From contig NC_045697.1 in NCBI RefSeq assembly GCF_009834535.1, forward strand, positions 54,810,001 to 54,874,000: a stretch of 64,000 nt of DNA, in the 5' to 3' direction. Source of the stretch: Camelus ferus (Eukaryota). A program made the translations under genes and the position numbers. Position 1 is the stretch's first letter. Every line of letters starts with the position of its first letter. The notes below the pieces were generated by a model. That model made no database searches. It had not been told where the DNA came from and was given only the letters and a program-made list of their open reading frames with translations. Shown in pieces: positions 40,217 to 54,557 of this stretch.

Positions 40217-41212
40217 GTAGTATATACTTGAATATTTTAGTAATGTTTTTATAAAGATGTGACCCTTGAAGTAAAAATATCAAATACCAGAAAATTATCA
40301 TTATTTTACAGATATTTCCACATTTCCATAAATTTACAAATTGGTTATATGTTAATATTCTGTGTGTATATAAAAATATGATATATGATACAGCTACCAG
40401 TTAGGGGAAGGACAGATTGATGGATAGTGTAGGGACAACCTTCTCAGTAAGTGCAGAAAAATAAAGCTGAATGCCTACCTGGCACCATAAATACAGTCCT
40501 CAATTTGATTAAAGATCTAAATGTAGAAGTAAAAATTATGATTCTATTTTTAAACTTATTTTGTACCGTTGTTTTATTGGTTCCTAAGTAAGCATCATAT
40601 ATATTTTTATTATAATTTTTGTAGTATGCCTTAATATTTGGTAAAGTGATTCACCTCTGTGTTTTCCTTTTTCTCAGTTGACTTATTCGGTGATGTTTAC
40701 TCTTCCATATAAATTTGAGAATAGATTTGTCAAGTTCTTCAAAAGATCTGACTATAATATTGATAAAAATTGCATTGAGTATGTGGATTAATCTGAGATA
40801 ACTGATCTAATAAGTGTTAAATTATCACATTCAAAAACATGCATTTCTAGTTTTCACATCTTCCTTTTGCCTTTTAAGACAAACAAAAATGTAATTTCAT
40901 GTGCTTTAATAGAGTTTTAATTGATTTAAAAGATTATTTGATAATTCTTAGGTAGTTATTTAAATTTTGTATTGCTATTTTGGGTGTCTCAAATTGTACA
41001 AGATTTTCCAGGTAGTCATCACTGGTATAGAGAAATAGTGTTCATTTTTAAAGTTGAACTTGCACCTTGCAATATTGTTAAGCATTCTCATTAGTTTTAA
41101 CAGTTTGCATATTGATATATTTCAGTGTGTATGTAAATAATGTCTGCAAATGATGAAAGTTTAATTTATCCCCTTTCAATACTTAAAACTCTTTCACTCT
41201 TTTATTGTATTA

Positions 41213-41256
41213 AAGAGTTGGCAAAAAAAAAAAAAAAAAAAAAGAAGAGTTGGCAA
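41213..41256 (+). mobile_element. Solo poly(A) insertion flanked by a TSD
   Basis: aagagttggcaa at 41213-41224 and 41245-41256 flanks A19G. Confidence 0.8.
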
Positions 41257-41369
41257 GGCCCTCCAGTATTACGTTAAATAGTAATGGTATTTGTGGGGAT
41301 GTGGTGTTTTTCTGTTCTTGATAGGAAGGCATCTAAATTGTTATATTCAGAATATAAATTGTTCTGGTA

Positions 41370-43600
41370 AGAAAACCGGACAAAGAAATAACAAGAAAAG
41401 TAAAACTACAAATCAGTATCTCTTGTGAAAATAAATGTAAAAATGCTCAACAAAATCCTAGCAAATGTGTCTGGCAACATAGAAAAAGAATTATACACCA
41501 AGACCAAAAAGATTTATCCCAGGAGAACAAAATTGCTTTAACATCTGAATATGATACACCATACAAGCAGATAAAGAATAAAGAAACCACATGATCATTT
41601 CAATAGATGCAGAAAAAGCATTTCATAAAATCCAATACCATTTCATGATAAGAACATTTAACAGACTTGGAATATAAGGTAACTTCCTCAACCTGATAAA
41701 GGCTATTTATGAAAAATCCACAGCTAACTTTATACTGAATGGTAAAAGACTGAATACTTTCCCCCTAAGATCAGGAACAAGACATAGATGTAGTCTACTG
41801 CCACTTCTAGTCGATATTGTACTAGAAGTTTTAGCCAGAGAAACTTTAGGCAAGAAATGAAATGATAGGCACTTAAATTGGAAAGGGAAAAGCAAAATTA
41901 CCCCTATTCACAGATGACATGATCTTGAATATAAGGAATCCATTAAACGCTTTTAGAACTAGTTAGTTCAGAAAGGTTACAGGATACAAGATTAATATAT
42001 AGAAACCAACTGTATTTCTCTACACTAGCAATACACAATTGAAAAATGAAATTAAGAAAACAATTTCATTTAAAATAGCATACAGAAGAATCAAATAATT
42101 ATAAAGTAATAGACAGATGAAGAATTGCACTCTGAAAATGATAAAACATTGCTGAAAGAAGTTAAAGATGACCTGAGTAAATGGAGAAACATCTCATGTT
42201 CATAGATTAGAAGACTTAATCTTCTTAAGAGGAAAATATTCCCTCAATTGATCTACAGAATCAATGCAATTTTAATCAGAATCCCAACTTAAGTCTTTGT
42301 AGATACTGACAAGCTGATCTTAAAATTCATTTTGGAAACTCAAGAGTCCAGAAGAGACAAAATGATCTTAAATATAGGAACAAAGTTGGAAGACTCACAA
42401 TACTGATTTTAAAACTTACTACAAAGCAACAGTAATCAGCACAGGGTGGTAAAAAGCATAAGGATAGACATACAGATCACTGGAATAGAATTTAGAGTTC
42501 AGAAATAAACCCCTACTTTTAAGGTCATTTGATTTTTAACAAGGTACCTAAACAATTCAAAGGGGAAACAATAATCTTTTCAATAAATAGTGCTGGGACA
42601 ACTGGTTAGCTACATGCAAAATAATGAAGTTGGACCCCTACCTTATACTACATATAAAAATTAATTCAAAATGGACTACAGACTTAACTGTAAGAACTAA
42701 AACTATAAAATTCTTAGAAGGAAAAACATAGGTACAAATCTTTGTGACCTTGGATTTGGCAATGGCTCTTAGATTTGGTACCAAAAGTACAGGCAAAAAA
42801 GAAAAAATAGATACATTGTACTATTAAAATTAAAAATTGATGTGCATCAAAGGACATTATCAAGAAAGTTAAACAACAGAGTGGAAGAAAATATTTGCAA
42901 ATCTTGCATCTGATAAGAGACTTGTCTAGAATATATAAAGAACTCTTAGAACTCAACAATAAAAAGACAAATAATAATTTAAAAATGGACAGAACATCTG
43001 CATAGAAATTTCTCTGAAGGTGATACACAAATAGCTATGGAAAGATGCTCAAATTGTTAACCTTCAGGGAAATGGAATCAAAACCACAGTGAGATGTTAC
43101 TTCAAACCTACTAGGATGGCTGTAATCAAAGAGAGAAATAATATCAAATGTTGGTAAGGATACAGAGAAATTGGAACCCTCATACCACACTAGTGGAAAG
43201 GTGAAATAGTGTAGCCACTTTAGAAAACCATCTGTTAGTTCCTCAAAAAGTTAAACATAGAGTTACCATTTGACCCAGCAATTCAACTCTGTGGTATACA
43301 TCTAGGAAAAATGGAAGCATATATTCACACAAAAACTTGTACATAAATGTCCATAGCAGCATTATTCATAATAACAAAAATTTGAAACCAACCCAAGTGT
43401 TCATCAACCAATAAGTGGATAACCAAAATGTATATACATTCAGTGAAATATTTTTTGGTTATATAAAGGAATGAAAGACTGAACTGTACTAAAACATGGC
43501 AGGACCTTGAAAATATTTTGCCAAATTAAAGCAAGTCACTAAAGACTGCATACTATATGATTCCATTGTCTAGAATAGGCAAATCTATAACAATAGTTTA
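41370..43600 (+). mobile_element. L1MB/L1MC-age LINE, ORF2 RT to 3'UTR, sense strand
   Basis: Decayed ORF2 with ISIDAEKAF (~41596), LFTDDMI (~41904) and ccatttgacccagcaattc; many stops and frameshifts. Confidence 0.93.
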
Positions 43601-43994
43601 GTTGCAGTATAAAATTTTGTTTTGAAATTTATTTTCTTTCAAAACTTTAACATACTGCTCAAATATTCAATTATATCTAGGGTAACTCTTGAAAAGTTTA
43701 ATAATCCCATAATTATCTTTTGTGAGTGATCTTTTTCTCTCTAAAAACTTTTCAATTTTTTTTCATTTTGATACTGTTAAATTTCATATAATGTGTCCAG
43801 ATGTTTCATTTTTGTCCTTTGACTTTTTAAAAAATAATCTCTTTTGCTTATTCTTTTAAATTTGATGTTTCACATCTTTAGTTCATCTGAAGTGTTCCTC
43901 AGTCTGATCTCCCTAGTCACTAATGCTCTTGGACTTTATTGATTAGGTTTTTATCTTCAGTATTGAATTTATATTTTATCTATTATATATATTT

Positions 43995-46200
43995 TTGAAA
44001 AAATATTTTATTTTGGGATATTTTAAACATAAAAACGTAGACAGAATAAGAGAATAGACCACCGTTAATCCATCACTGGCTTAAACATTTATCAGCTCAT
44101 GACTTATCTTGTTTCATTTCTACCCTTACCTGTTTTTCTCCCTCCTTTCAAATTATCTTGAAATAAACCCCAAACCTCATAACATTTCATCTATAAATAT
44201 TTCAGCATGTGTCCCTACATATCTGAATTATTTCTAAGCAAAGCCATTATTTCTAAGCATACCATTATCATTAACATTCATTCCTCACCATTAATAAATA
44301 TCCAGTCAGAACTTAAAGTTCATAATTTATCTGTAATTCTCTCTTTAATTATTCTCTATAGTTTATTTGGTGAAGTCAGTATTGAAATAGAGTTTATATT
44401 GCAATTGCTTGAGTTTTCTCTTCAATCTCTTTATATAGATCTTTCTCTTTCTCTCTCATATTTACTAAAGAAATCAGTTACTTGTTTTGTATAGTTTCCC
44501 ACAGTCTGAATTTGTTGGTTGCAACCCTGTGGTGTTCTTTAAAATCATTTCTGTGAAGGCAGTATTTGCTGTAAATTAATAGTAAGTACTAGAAGCTTGA
44601 ATAGATTTTGTTTAGAATTTTGGACAAAAATTCTCAATAGATAATTATTGAATACTTCTATCAGAAGGTCCATAAAGGCCTTTTTAGGTTTTGGATGATA
44701 TCATTTATTGATCATCATTGTCTAGGTTTATTATTTCATTAGGAACTGCAAAATGATGATATTTTATTTTCTCACTCACCCTCATTTATAAGCTGGAATG
44801 TTATGGGATGAATTGTGTTCCTGAAAAACGCTGAGTCCTAATTCCTGTACCTGTGAATGTGATCTTATTTGGAAGTAGAATCTTTGCATATGTAATCAAG
44901 TTAAGATGAGGTCGTTAGAGTGGGTCCTTAATCTAGTATGACTGGTGTTTTTATAGGAAGAGGGAAATTTGGATACAGACTTAGACACAGACACACAGGG
45001 AAGATGACCATGTAAAGACAGAAACAGTGATTAAAATTATGCTACCACAAGTCAGGGAATACCTGGGGCTAACAGAAGCTGGAAGAGACAAAGAAGGATC
45101 CTCCTTTAGGGGCTCTGAAGGAAGTTTTGGCCCTGCCAAAACTTGATTTTGGGCTTTTGGCCTTCAACTTCCAGAGAATAAATTTCTCATTTTTAAAGCT
45201 TACCCAGTTTGTCATAGTTTTGTTTTGTTTTTTATCAGAAGCCCTAGAAAACTAATATTCTATGTTATCTTCCTTCATCAACTCTTCAGGTTACCATAAA
45301 GTTAATTAAATATAGGAAAGGAAGAATATTTGCTTGATTCTTTCCACTTGTTTGCCAGTTTTCTAAGTAGTGTTTTCCAAAGGTGACCAGTGAAGTTTTC
45401 ATTTTGTTTCGGTTTTTGTTGTTTTTCATACTAAATATCATATACAAATGGATTTAAACATATTTTATGTCTTTAGGTGCATTGCAATTCTTGATGTTTG
45501 TATTACTCCATCTTTGGGCTCTTCAGTTGGCTCCTAAGTGCTTTTGACTCACTCTCAGAAGTCTTTGATAATTTCCTTGTGAATTGATTGATATGACAAG
45601 ATATTTCAAGTTCATTTTATGTATTTACTAGTTGAGACCTCAAATCACATATTTCTTTAAGAAGCTATGGTTTCCTTTAGGGAAAATGGTACTTAGAGAC
45701 CATAAGATGGGCACCAAGGAAGCTTATAGCTACTAGGTTTGTCTTTATTATAGCTAGGAAATATATACATATATTTTTAGGATCAAATACATTATGAACT
45801 CATATCAACATTTCCGACTCAAATTCAGGACTATAGGATTTTTACTTAAGCTCATCTATTTACATAGGTTTCTCCTTTTCCCGTGTTCCTAATTCCAGTA
45901 TCTCTGTACTCATGTGATTTCTTATTTGCTTTATTCTAAAATATAACTGCAGCTGTCATAGACTGAGTATCAATACTACCACCTACAATATGATTGCTGA
46001 AAATTATTTTCAGTTCTTTTTGTCCTTGTGATACATTACTCCAAGGATGTATTGTCAATCTTTGTTTTAGTGTCATTAGGAAGGGTTATTCTCTTTGATT
46101 ATGCCACAAACTGAATATATGTTTAGGTTCATTTGTTTAATTTTTCTTTAAAATATTTATATTGCTTTTTTATTTTTTAGTTTTGTTTTATAATTATGTA
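43995..46200 (-). mobile_element. L1MC4/L1ME-like 3' region split by an MLT1C
   Basis: tcatgacttatcttgtttcattt...atttcatctataaatatttcagcatgt...aagaagctatggtttcctttagggaaaatggtacttagagacca. Confidence 0.75.
44799..45258 (+). mobile_element. MLT1C-like MaLR solo LTR
   Basis: tgttatgggatgaattgtgt...gtacctgtgaatgtgatcttatttggaa...cagaagctggaagagacaaagaaggatcctcc...gccctagaaaactaata. Confidence 0.9.
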
Positions 46201-49200
46201 CATCTTGTCAAAATCATTTTATACTTCTGGTTAATCTTACTTTTTCCTTAATCTTTAAAGTATATTTATACTTATTTCATATTTTTCATATGTGTTACAT
46301 TTATATTTGATCCCAGTTTAGATTGCTCAATTTGTTGATTTTTCATTAACATGCATCCCTCTCCTGTGGCACCAAGCCCCCACTTGCCCCAGACTTTATT
46401 TTCCTCTCCACACCATGTTGCAGCAAACTTTTATCTCTCTAGGGATTCCTCAGGATCTTTGGTATATCAGATCTTCATGCTTTCTTTTTACCTGTGTGGC
46501 ATATCCAAGCATTAGGCTGGGCAGGGAAGTGGTAACTCAGCAAGTCTACCACCAGCAGTTAGGAGTCCTAATTAGTTATTTTGAATATTTTAAAATATAA
46601 GGACCACTAAGCAAAGACTATTTGAATATTATCAATTCTTAAGGGGGAAAGAATTTTAGTTATAGAAATAAATAACAGAAATTGTTTCCAATTATCCAAC
46701 TTTGGTACAATCAAATACAAAAAACAACCAGTTATATTCCTATTGAATAGCTGGCTTCATTATTCTATTACTATTTTACATAAAGAATATATTTTCCCTT
46801 TGCATTTTATATTTTCTTTCACAGTGTATTTTCTTGCTTTTTAAAATATGCTGTATGTTTTAATTATCAGTGTAAACATGGACTTTAGAGTAAGATGGAC
46901 TTAAATTCCAATTCTATACTAGCAAGCTCTGTGACTTGGTCAGCTATAATAATAATAATCTCTAATTTGTAGTGATTTTGTAAACATAGTTTTTGGCACT
47001 TAGAAAATGTTCAGTAAATACTGGTTTTTTGTGATGATGACAATGATTAATGATGCCTATGAAGATAAAGATGACAGTGATGATGGGAGACTACACTTCT
47101 CTTTTCCATGCACCTTCAGTTATAATGAAAGATTTAACTAACAATGACTAAGTAGTGAATATATTTAAATTATCAGAAATATATCTATTCAATAAAATTA
47201 GAGACATGTTACAGTATATATCCTTTTATCTGAAATATGAGACTGAAGTAAACAATTTGGTTCTAATAGTATCATAATTTAAACTAACCACTATCTTATA
47301 ATGTGTACTGATTTAGATTTTAAAGAAATCAGTAATAAATTTTTGGGAATTTTGTCTTTTGATTTGAGTAAAAATGCTTATATGAGAAAAAGTATTCTCT
47401 CTTTAATTTTTATTTCATAGATAACAACTCTTTATTTACAATGTGAGCTATGTTTCCATCTTAGTTTTTAATTCTTTGTGAGTTTTCTGTTTACAGTTCC
47501 TGTTTTGCTCACTTATATCTTGATAGTATTTATAGTTGTGCACTGCAGAGATTGGGAAGGAATCAGGTACCCTGAATTGTGCTGGAATGAACTCTCTCTC
47601 ATCTTGTTAAAAGGCTTCAGATTTACTTAACACAATTAGTGCTTTCTGGGATTTGGAATTTTCTAAATCCCCAATCCAGTGACTTCTCTGAATTTTTGCA
47701 CCTGTACTCAAGGATTAATGTTCATTTGCCTCATTCACTTAAACAAAGTGTAGGAGAACAGAGTAGGACAGAGCTGAAGGAAAGACTACTAGTGGTGCAG
47801 GTGATGCTTTGAATGCCGCTTACTGACTGGGTCCACGTGTGGTCTAGGGAGGTGGCCTTTTCTGCTTTCCAGGCTGAGATGTGTGAAGATTACTGGAAAG
47901 AGGAAAGAAAAATGTTATTTTGATTCAGATTTAAAATTTCTGTTAGCACAAGTTGATTACCCTGCTTTATAAGGGGATAAATCTGCTGTAGAGAAGACTA
48001 TTACACTTCTCTTTAAGACTAAGTGCCCTTAAAATAGTTCCAAATATCTGGATTTAATACCATATGCTTCAATTGTGCTATATTTCTATGATAAATATAT
48101 TTAAATGAAACATGCCTCTTCAGGTTTTTCCCTATGATTTTGAAAGAACTAAGAAATTCTTTCATTTACCCAACACACATTTATTAAATGCCTACTGTAT
48201 GCAGGTATTTGCACTTAGAAAAATCAGAATTCACTTAGGGTAACTTAAGGTCAATCTTTCAGAGCTCTCAGATCAGTGCTTTCCACTTAGATGAACTGTT
48301 TCATCTAAACTACTTACGAACAGCAATGGGAATTTCCCTGACTAGGTACAGGGATGAAATTCACTGCCATAGACTGAAAGAAAGGCAGTTGCTCCTAGGA
48401 CTGATATTAATACTGTCTTCTAAGCAATGAGCTAAACAGTCTCAGACTTTGAAAAGAAGATGCTCCTTAATTAGAAGAGGAACAAACTCAACAGATTTCA
48501 GAAATTTCAATGGGTTCTATAGATTTTAAAAACTCCAAATTTTAATGTCAACCAGAAAACAACTGTCTTTGTCTTGTAGCTGTTAATCTGAGTCTGCATT
48601 TAGGAGGCAATTTTATGTTTTAATTTTTCAGGTTTCTACTTGTTTTTCTTTCTCAAAGCAAACATGCTGAGTTTGAAATGAACCATCGTCATTGCTGATA
48701 AATACACACGTGAATCTGACCTGGCTGTATAAATAAAGTCCACTCTCCATAGGGATCAGGAGCAGCAGTGTCTGACTACAGAAGGTGGCTGGCTGAATTC
48801 ACAGACAGTACAATTTAATTCCTCCCTCTGCAAATGTTGATTAAACTGAAAGAGGATCCTTTGTAAAGCTAATTCAATAGCACCGGCTCCTCTCTGGAAA
48901 AGCTGGAGGAGGATCTCACTATCACAAGAGGCCATTAGCTTTTCCTGCAGCAAAACTCGCCATCTGGCCTGGACTCTGCTGATTGGATGGGAGCTTTTCT
49001 AGCAACTTTATTCTTTTGGTGGTGATTGTGAGAGGTGGGAACTGGGAGGGGGTAGCTGGACAACGTATGACTACTGTTCTCTCTTGGGGGAGCCAGGTGA
49101 ACTCTAAGCACTGTCTGATAGCAGCAAGACATGCATGGCGTTGATTGTGTGTTGTCCAGCATTAGTCACAGATGACTTGGTCATTTATGATCAGCATGGC

Positions 49201-50799
49201 ATGGTGGACAGTAAAAAAGCAAAACAAAACAAAACAACCTTTCTTCGTAACCTAGTAATCTTTGACTTTTAATCCTGTCATTAGACAGCTGATCTAGGAA
49301 AGCCACTGAAGCATTGCTTTTATTAGCAGTGGATGAAGCATCTTTCAAATGACAACCAGCCTAAGCCTTGAATCAAATTTAAGTTTACTGTGTTAACGTT
49401 CTCTGTCAGTTCTGATGGTAGTACCTGTTTTTAGCATCTCTTGGCATTACAGAGTTAGAATTCTGACTAAATTGTTGGGAATCGGGGGCAAAATTGAGTA
49501 TTGTGTTGCCTTTGTTAAACTGAACTCAGGGTTAATTGCTGTTAATTATGCAGCTGCTCTTTGGTGCAGTTTTGTCCAGTTCTATATCTGAACATAGGGG
49601 AAGAAATACACAGGGAGGCTTTAGAAAAAGTAAGACTTGAGCAAAACAGCTGATCATAGCACAGTTGGAAGACTGAAAATTTGTTCTTTCTTTCACATTT
49701 ACATATTTTAAAGATTCTGGTTCAGTAACAGCAAAATCAGTTAGTAAAAACAACAACATGCAGTTGTCAGTATTTAAGAGGGGTTGGTATGGCTATTATT
49801 GGGTAGAATGTCTAAGTATTACTTCTGTAGCAAATAAAGCAGTGAGTCTATTCACTGAAGATGTGAAATAAAAGAATAGGATAGTGAGGCTGGAAAAGGG
49901 CTCCTTAGCTGGTTCTGAGTGGTGTTAAAAAGGCCATATTGACAAATCAGGGACTTAATATCACGTGCACAGCAATTTAGGTTTTGGATGTCACTTGGTA
50001 GTTTACCTTAATTTATTTGACAGAAGTAGTAAGTCTTACTTGCTTGGCAAAATAATAAATGTTCCCATTCTTCTGGATTGTATATTTCTTTACTTGACTC
50101 TGCGTATCAAGTACATGAGAAATAAAGTTTATGCAAAATTCCATACCGTTAATTAGTGAATCTACTGTAATTGAATCAATTTTCAGGGTAACATTCCTAA
50201 AAGGCACTGTAGATTTTTAAAACATTAATTTACAACAAGAGGAGGAGAAAAGGATATATGGTAGAGACAGAAACATGCTCTTCATAGATGGTGGGGTGGA
50301 GTCTAAATTGGCAGAATCCTTCCACTTATTTAACTCTCTACTCATTCTAACCTCACTCCAGCATGGCCTCAGGCTCTAGATTCAGTTCACAGGAGAGAGG
50401 CCTGTGATGAGATGGAATCAATTCAGTCTTGTTTTTCCCTCAACCAAGCCAAGTAATGTGGTCATGTAAAGGTTTACTCAATTGACAGCAGTCACTTAGA
50501 TCCTCCTATTAACAATTCCAAGATAGGTAAAGGTCACAGTCAACAGAAACTCAGCATTGCTTATGGCATACATGGACATGTGCAAATGCTAAGCTGAGGG
50601 ACCTCAGAAGTAGGTGCATCACCAACTGGAGTAAGTGTAATAGCTCCAGCTGAGTACCTAATGGGTAAGGAATATGATGTAGAAGAGAGCTGTGAATGCT
50701 GCATAGCTACTCAAGGATAGTTTTAGGAAAGGATAAATTTAAAATAGGATTTTATAGGAGGGTTGCCACTTCTAAGTAGGGAAATAAAAGGTTTTCCTA

Positions 50800-51030
50800 T
50801 GAATGAATAAATAAGCATCCATTGAGTGATAATTGTATGTTAAGTATTTTGAGTTTCTGTATTCACCAACTCTTTTAATCTTTGCAGCAGTCCTGTCAGA
50901 TGTCATTCCTCATTTTACAGAGGAAATTGAGACTTAGATATTTAGTATCTGGGTCGAATAGCTGGAGGGGGCTGGAAATTGGATCCCAGGTGTTGGCCCT
51001 TGTAGTCCAATCCCCCTTCCGCCTCCATTG
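50800..51030 (-). mobile_element. MIR SINE
   Basis: cattcctcattttacagaggaaattgagacttaga...ctggaaattggatcccagg. Confidence 0.75.
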
Positions 51031-52388
51031 CACCACAGTGGCCAGTCCTCAGACAGGACTGAACACCCAGACAGGAGCAGTGCCACCACTGGAAAGTGGA
51101 AAGCTAAGATATTTCTACATGATCCCAGAGCTTTTGATACTTTCCATAGTGTTTGCTGTCATCACTACTATTTCCTGCCTACTCTCCCTCTGCTGGTCAC
51201 AGAGGAAGCCATAGAAAGATGTTCTCACACCCATGGGTCCCCCTGTGCAGGTACTGGCAGCGCTTGATAAGTTGATTCATACTCTAGAGTTCTCAGCGGC
51301 TCTTCCTCTCAGCTTTCACCTTCAGTCTTCTGCACAGCATGCCTGTGGCAGCTCTGCTAATCTACTATCAGACAAAGAAGGAAAAAAAAAGCAGGAGGCT
51401 GACACAATACTCGTATTAGGTAAATCTTTCCCCTGCTAGTACTTTTCATCCTGGAATTATTTTGTGAACACAAATTTAGTTAGAAAGCAATTGATCTGAA
51501 CTCATGCACTGACATTTGTTCCTTCTAATTGCTATAATGTGGTTTCATTTTGATTTCATGCAAGCAGTGCAATCTTCACGCACAAACTATTGATTAATTA
51601 CACATTTAAGATGTTTGAGAGTTTTGGAAGAGTGCATTTGTGGTTCCCTAGGATTTTCTTCTTTATTTTCCCTGCCTGAACTTTTCCCTGTTTCTTCACC
51701 TTCCCACCACCTATTGCCATTCCAATTAGTCTTGAAAGCATTTGCCTTATAAATAGAAAATCAGAATTGTGTTTTACCATTTATCTGCTAACTCACGTTG
51801 TAATTTGGGAGAGTGGTTGGTGTGAAGGATGACTCAAAACAACATTATTTTTTCTTCTTACTCAGTAGTCTTACTGACACGCTTTTGGATGTGAGGACAG
51901 TGTTTATAAACACCCACAGCTGGTTGGGTTAGCAGATTGTTTTCATGTGGGCACATGTGTGTGGCTTGTTACTGTGGGCTGTGCATTCCTCCTGGAGAGG
52001 TTCTGTTATGTGTGTTATGAATTTTCAAATAAGGTAAGAACAATAGCTGTAAAGGGCCCAATCCAATGATGGCACAAGGTGAATAAAATTACTCCCTCTG
52101 GGAAGTAAAATGCTCATTTAGTACAGGGAAATTATCATTTCCAAGTAGAACATTTGGCTTCCTGAGAGTGAAAGTGGCTGCACAGCTTGATAATAACACC
52201 TCAGGCTGTAATAGTACCCTTTCCCTTTGAGAGCTGGGCTCTTTGCTCTTAAATTTATCTTTACAACATCCTTGCAAAGTAAGTAGGCTTGGATGTTATT
52301 GGCCATTTTTTTAATGGATGAAGAAAGTGAGAGGCTGAAAAATTCAGCAACTTTTCCTTTCTGGAAGTCCAGAAATCAATCCTTAGGT

Positions 52389-52600
52389 CAGAGTTTCTCA
52401 GTGTTGGTGCCTTTAACGTTTTTGACTGGATAATGGTTTGTTGTGGGGACTGTCCTGTGCATCATAGGACTTTAGCAGCATCCCTGGTCTCTATCTACTA
52501 GCTGCCAGAATCACCTCCCAGCTGTGACAACCAAAAAATGTCTCTAGACATTGTCAAGTGTTGCCTGGGTGGCAGAATCACCTCCAGTTGAGAACCCCTG
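52389..52600. mobile_element. MER20 (hAT-Charlie MITE)
   Basis: cagagtttctca...ttgtggggactgtcctgtgcat...tagcagcatccctgg...tgtgacaaccaaaaaatgtctctagacattg...gttgagaacccctg. Confidence 0.93.
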
Positions 52601-52857
52601 ATCTAGATTGGTCATTCTGTACAATCTCCTGTATCCTGTAGGAGACCTAAGGGCAGACGTGAAATTATCAAAATCTGCATTGACATCCATAGTTTCTTTT
52701 ATCTATAATAAAGAGTACTTACGTAGGTTTCACCATTATAGGGACTTTATGTAAAATTTGTTCCACTCTCACAGCAGTCCTATTTTAATCTCATTTTACA
52801 TGTAAGGAAACAGAACCATTAGAAATATTAGCTGCATGTGTTTACACAGCTAGGCAG

Positions 52858-53034
52858 CTGGGTTGGTTTCATGGGCATGTGACCTGTGCCGTTTCACAGG
52901 GTCCATGTTTAGAAGAGGCTAATGCTCGGTTTAATGGTCTGCTGTTGTCATATGGAAATTCTTAATCATTTTTAAACCAAGGGACCCATATTTTCATTTT
53001 GTATTGGGCTTCACAAATTATGTAGCTAGTTCTG
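52858..53034. mobile_element. MER45A-like (hAT-Tip100) MITE nested in a minus-strand MIR (~52700-53105)
   Basis: ttcatgggcatgtgacctgtgc...ggtttaatggtctgctgt...gaaattcttaat...ttttcattttgtattggg...caaattatgtagc; MIR text acacagcta...taagtgaaagagcc resumes across it. Confidence 0.85.
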
Positions 53035-53119
53035 TAAGTGAAAGAGCCAGTATTTGAATCCAGGTTGTCTAAAGACTTTATGCTTAATGTTTTCACCATA
53101 CTGCCTCTTATTCTCTTGT

Positions 53120-54030
53120 TCTTTCACTCATTTATTCCCTCAGTAAATTGTACTATGAGTTTATCATGAACCAGGAACTAATCTTGGCACTGAGGGAACA
53201 ATGGAGGCACAACAGATGCTGTCCCTTCTTTCATGAAGCTCACAGTCTCAGGAGGAATACAGACCAATAAACCGGCATTGCAATTCAGCATGGTGTGTGT
53301 TGGGATAGGGGAAGCCTGGTTGCCATGCGAGCATATTGGAGGGCACTTTACACAATCTGGGGGATCAGAGAAGGTTTACAAGCTGAGGCATAAGGGCTGG
53401 ATAACAATTACACAGCCAAAAAACGGGGAAGAAGTATGATCTAAACAAAAGAAATGCTAGTACAAATGCTAAGTAAGGGGAAGTGTAACATAATTAGGGA
53501 ATTAAAAATAGCACAGTGTGGATGAAGAGCTGAATTAGTCAACTTTCACTGTTATGGTGTAGTAACAAGCTCACCATCTTGGTTGTTACAGCAAAGGTTT
53601 ATTTGTCACACATGTTGCAGGTGATCTGCTATTGTGTTGTGGTGCTACTCACTGGGTCTTCATCTTAGGACCAAGGCTGGAGGAACAATTCCCAGTTGGA
53701 CACAACACTCTCATGGGAGAAAAATAGAAATGATTAAATCACAATCCCATTGACTCACATTCCATTGGTTAAGCAAACATATGGCCAAGCTAGTCATGAG
53801 TGGAGCAGGGAAGTATTCCTCTCCCCTAGGGGATACTACCACTCTGATGGCAATGACCAGGATATTATATTCCTTTTAATGGGAGGGCAAGAGACTATTG
53901 GGAACAATAATATATTTGACCATGTAAAGTGAGAGGAAAGGAGTAACAAGAGATGAAGTTTTAGAAATAAGCAGGAGCTCGGTTATGTCAAGTCTTATAG
54001 ATCATATTAAAGAGTTTAGGCTCAATCTGT
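53120..54030 (-). mobile_element. L2 fragment containing an MLT1I/J-like LTR (~53532-53920)
   Basis: ttcactcatttattc...catgaagctcacagtct (L2 3' end); cagcaaaggtttattt...ctcacattccattggttaagcaaacatatggccaag (MLT1I/J). Confidence 0.7.
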
Positions 54031-54557
54031 TACTCTTTTCTCCACTTTTTATTAGGTCCTAAGCAACTTACTCAATATCTGCTTTTAAATTCAACAGAAA
54101 TGAACAACAATGACAATAGCAGCAACAAACAAAACAAAAACCCCAAATGATAAACTCATTACACATTAAAGGGCAAATGATTCATGTAGGGTACTTACGT
54201 TTTTACAGAAACAAAAGAATCAGTGATTGTAGAATATCAGGCAATAAAGTACAGATGAAGAGTGAATTTTTATCTGTGGAGGAAGGAATTTCTTGGGATT
54301 TTGGAAATCATACCTTTTTATTGCTGACTTCTAAGTGTGGTTCTGGTGACGAAGACTAATCCACAAATGTTTATTGAGCACACTTTAAAATTTTAAGAAC
54401 TGGTAATTGCTGAACATATATCTTCAAGATGCAATTGAGACTAATGAGAGGGAGACTGGCACAGTGAAAAGGATACAAATCTTGACTTCTGAGAGACCTG
54501 CATTTGACTCTTGATTTATTCAGCTAATATCTGTAAATTTGGGCAGACTTTCTCCCA

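Noticed and set aside
48287..48308. Hairpin ttagatgaa-ctgt-ttcatctaa
   Set aside because: A 9-bp AT-rich stem is expected by chance in 64 kb.
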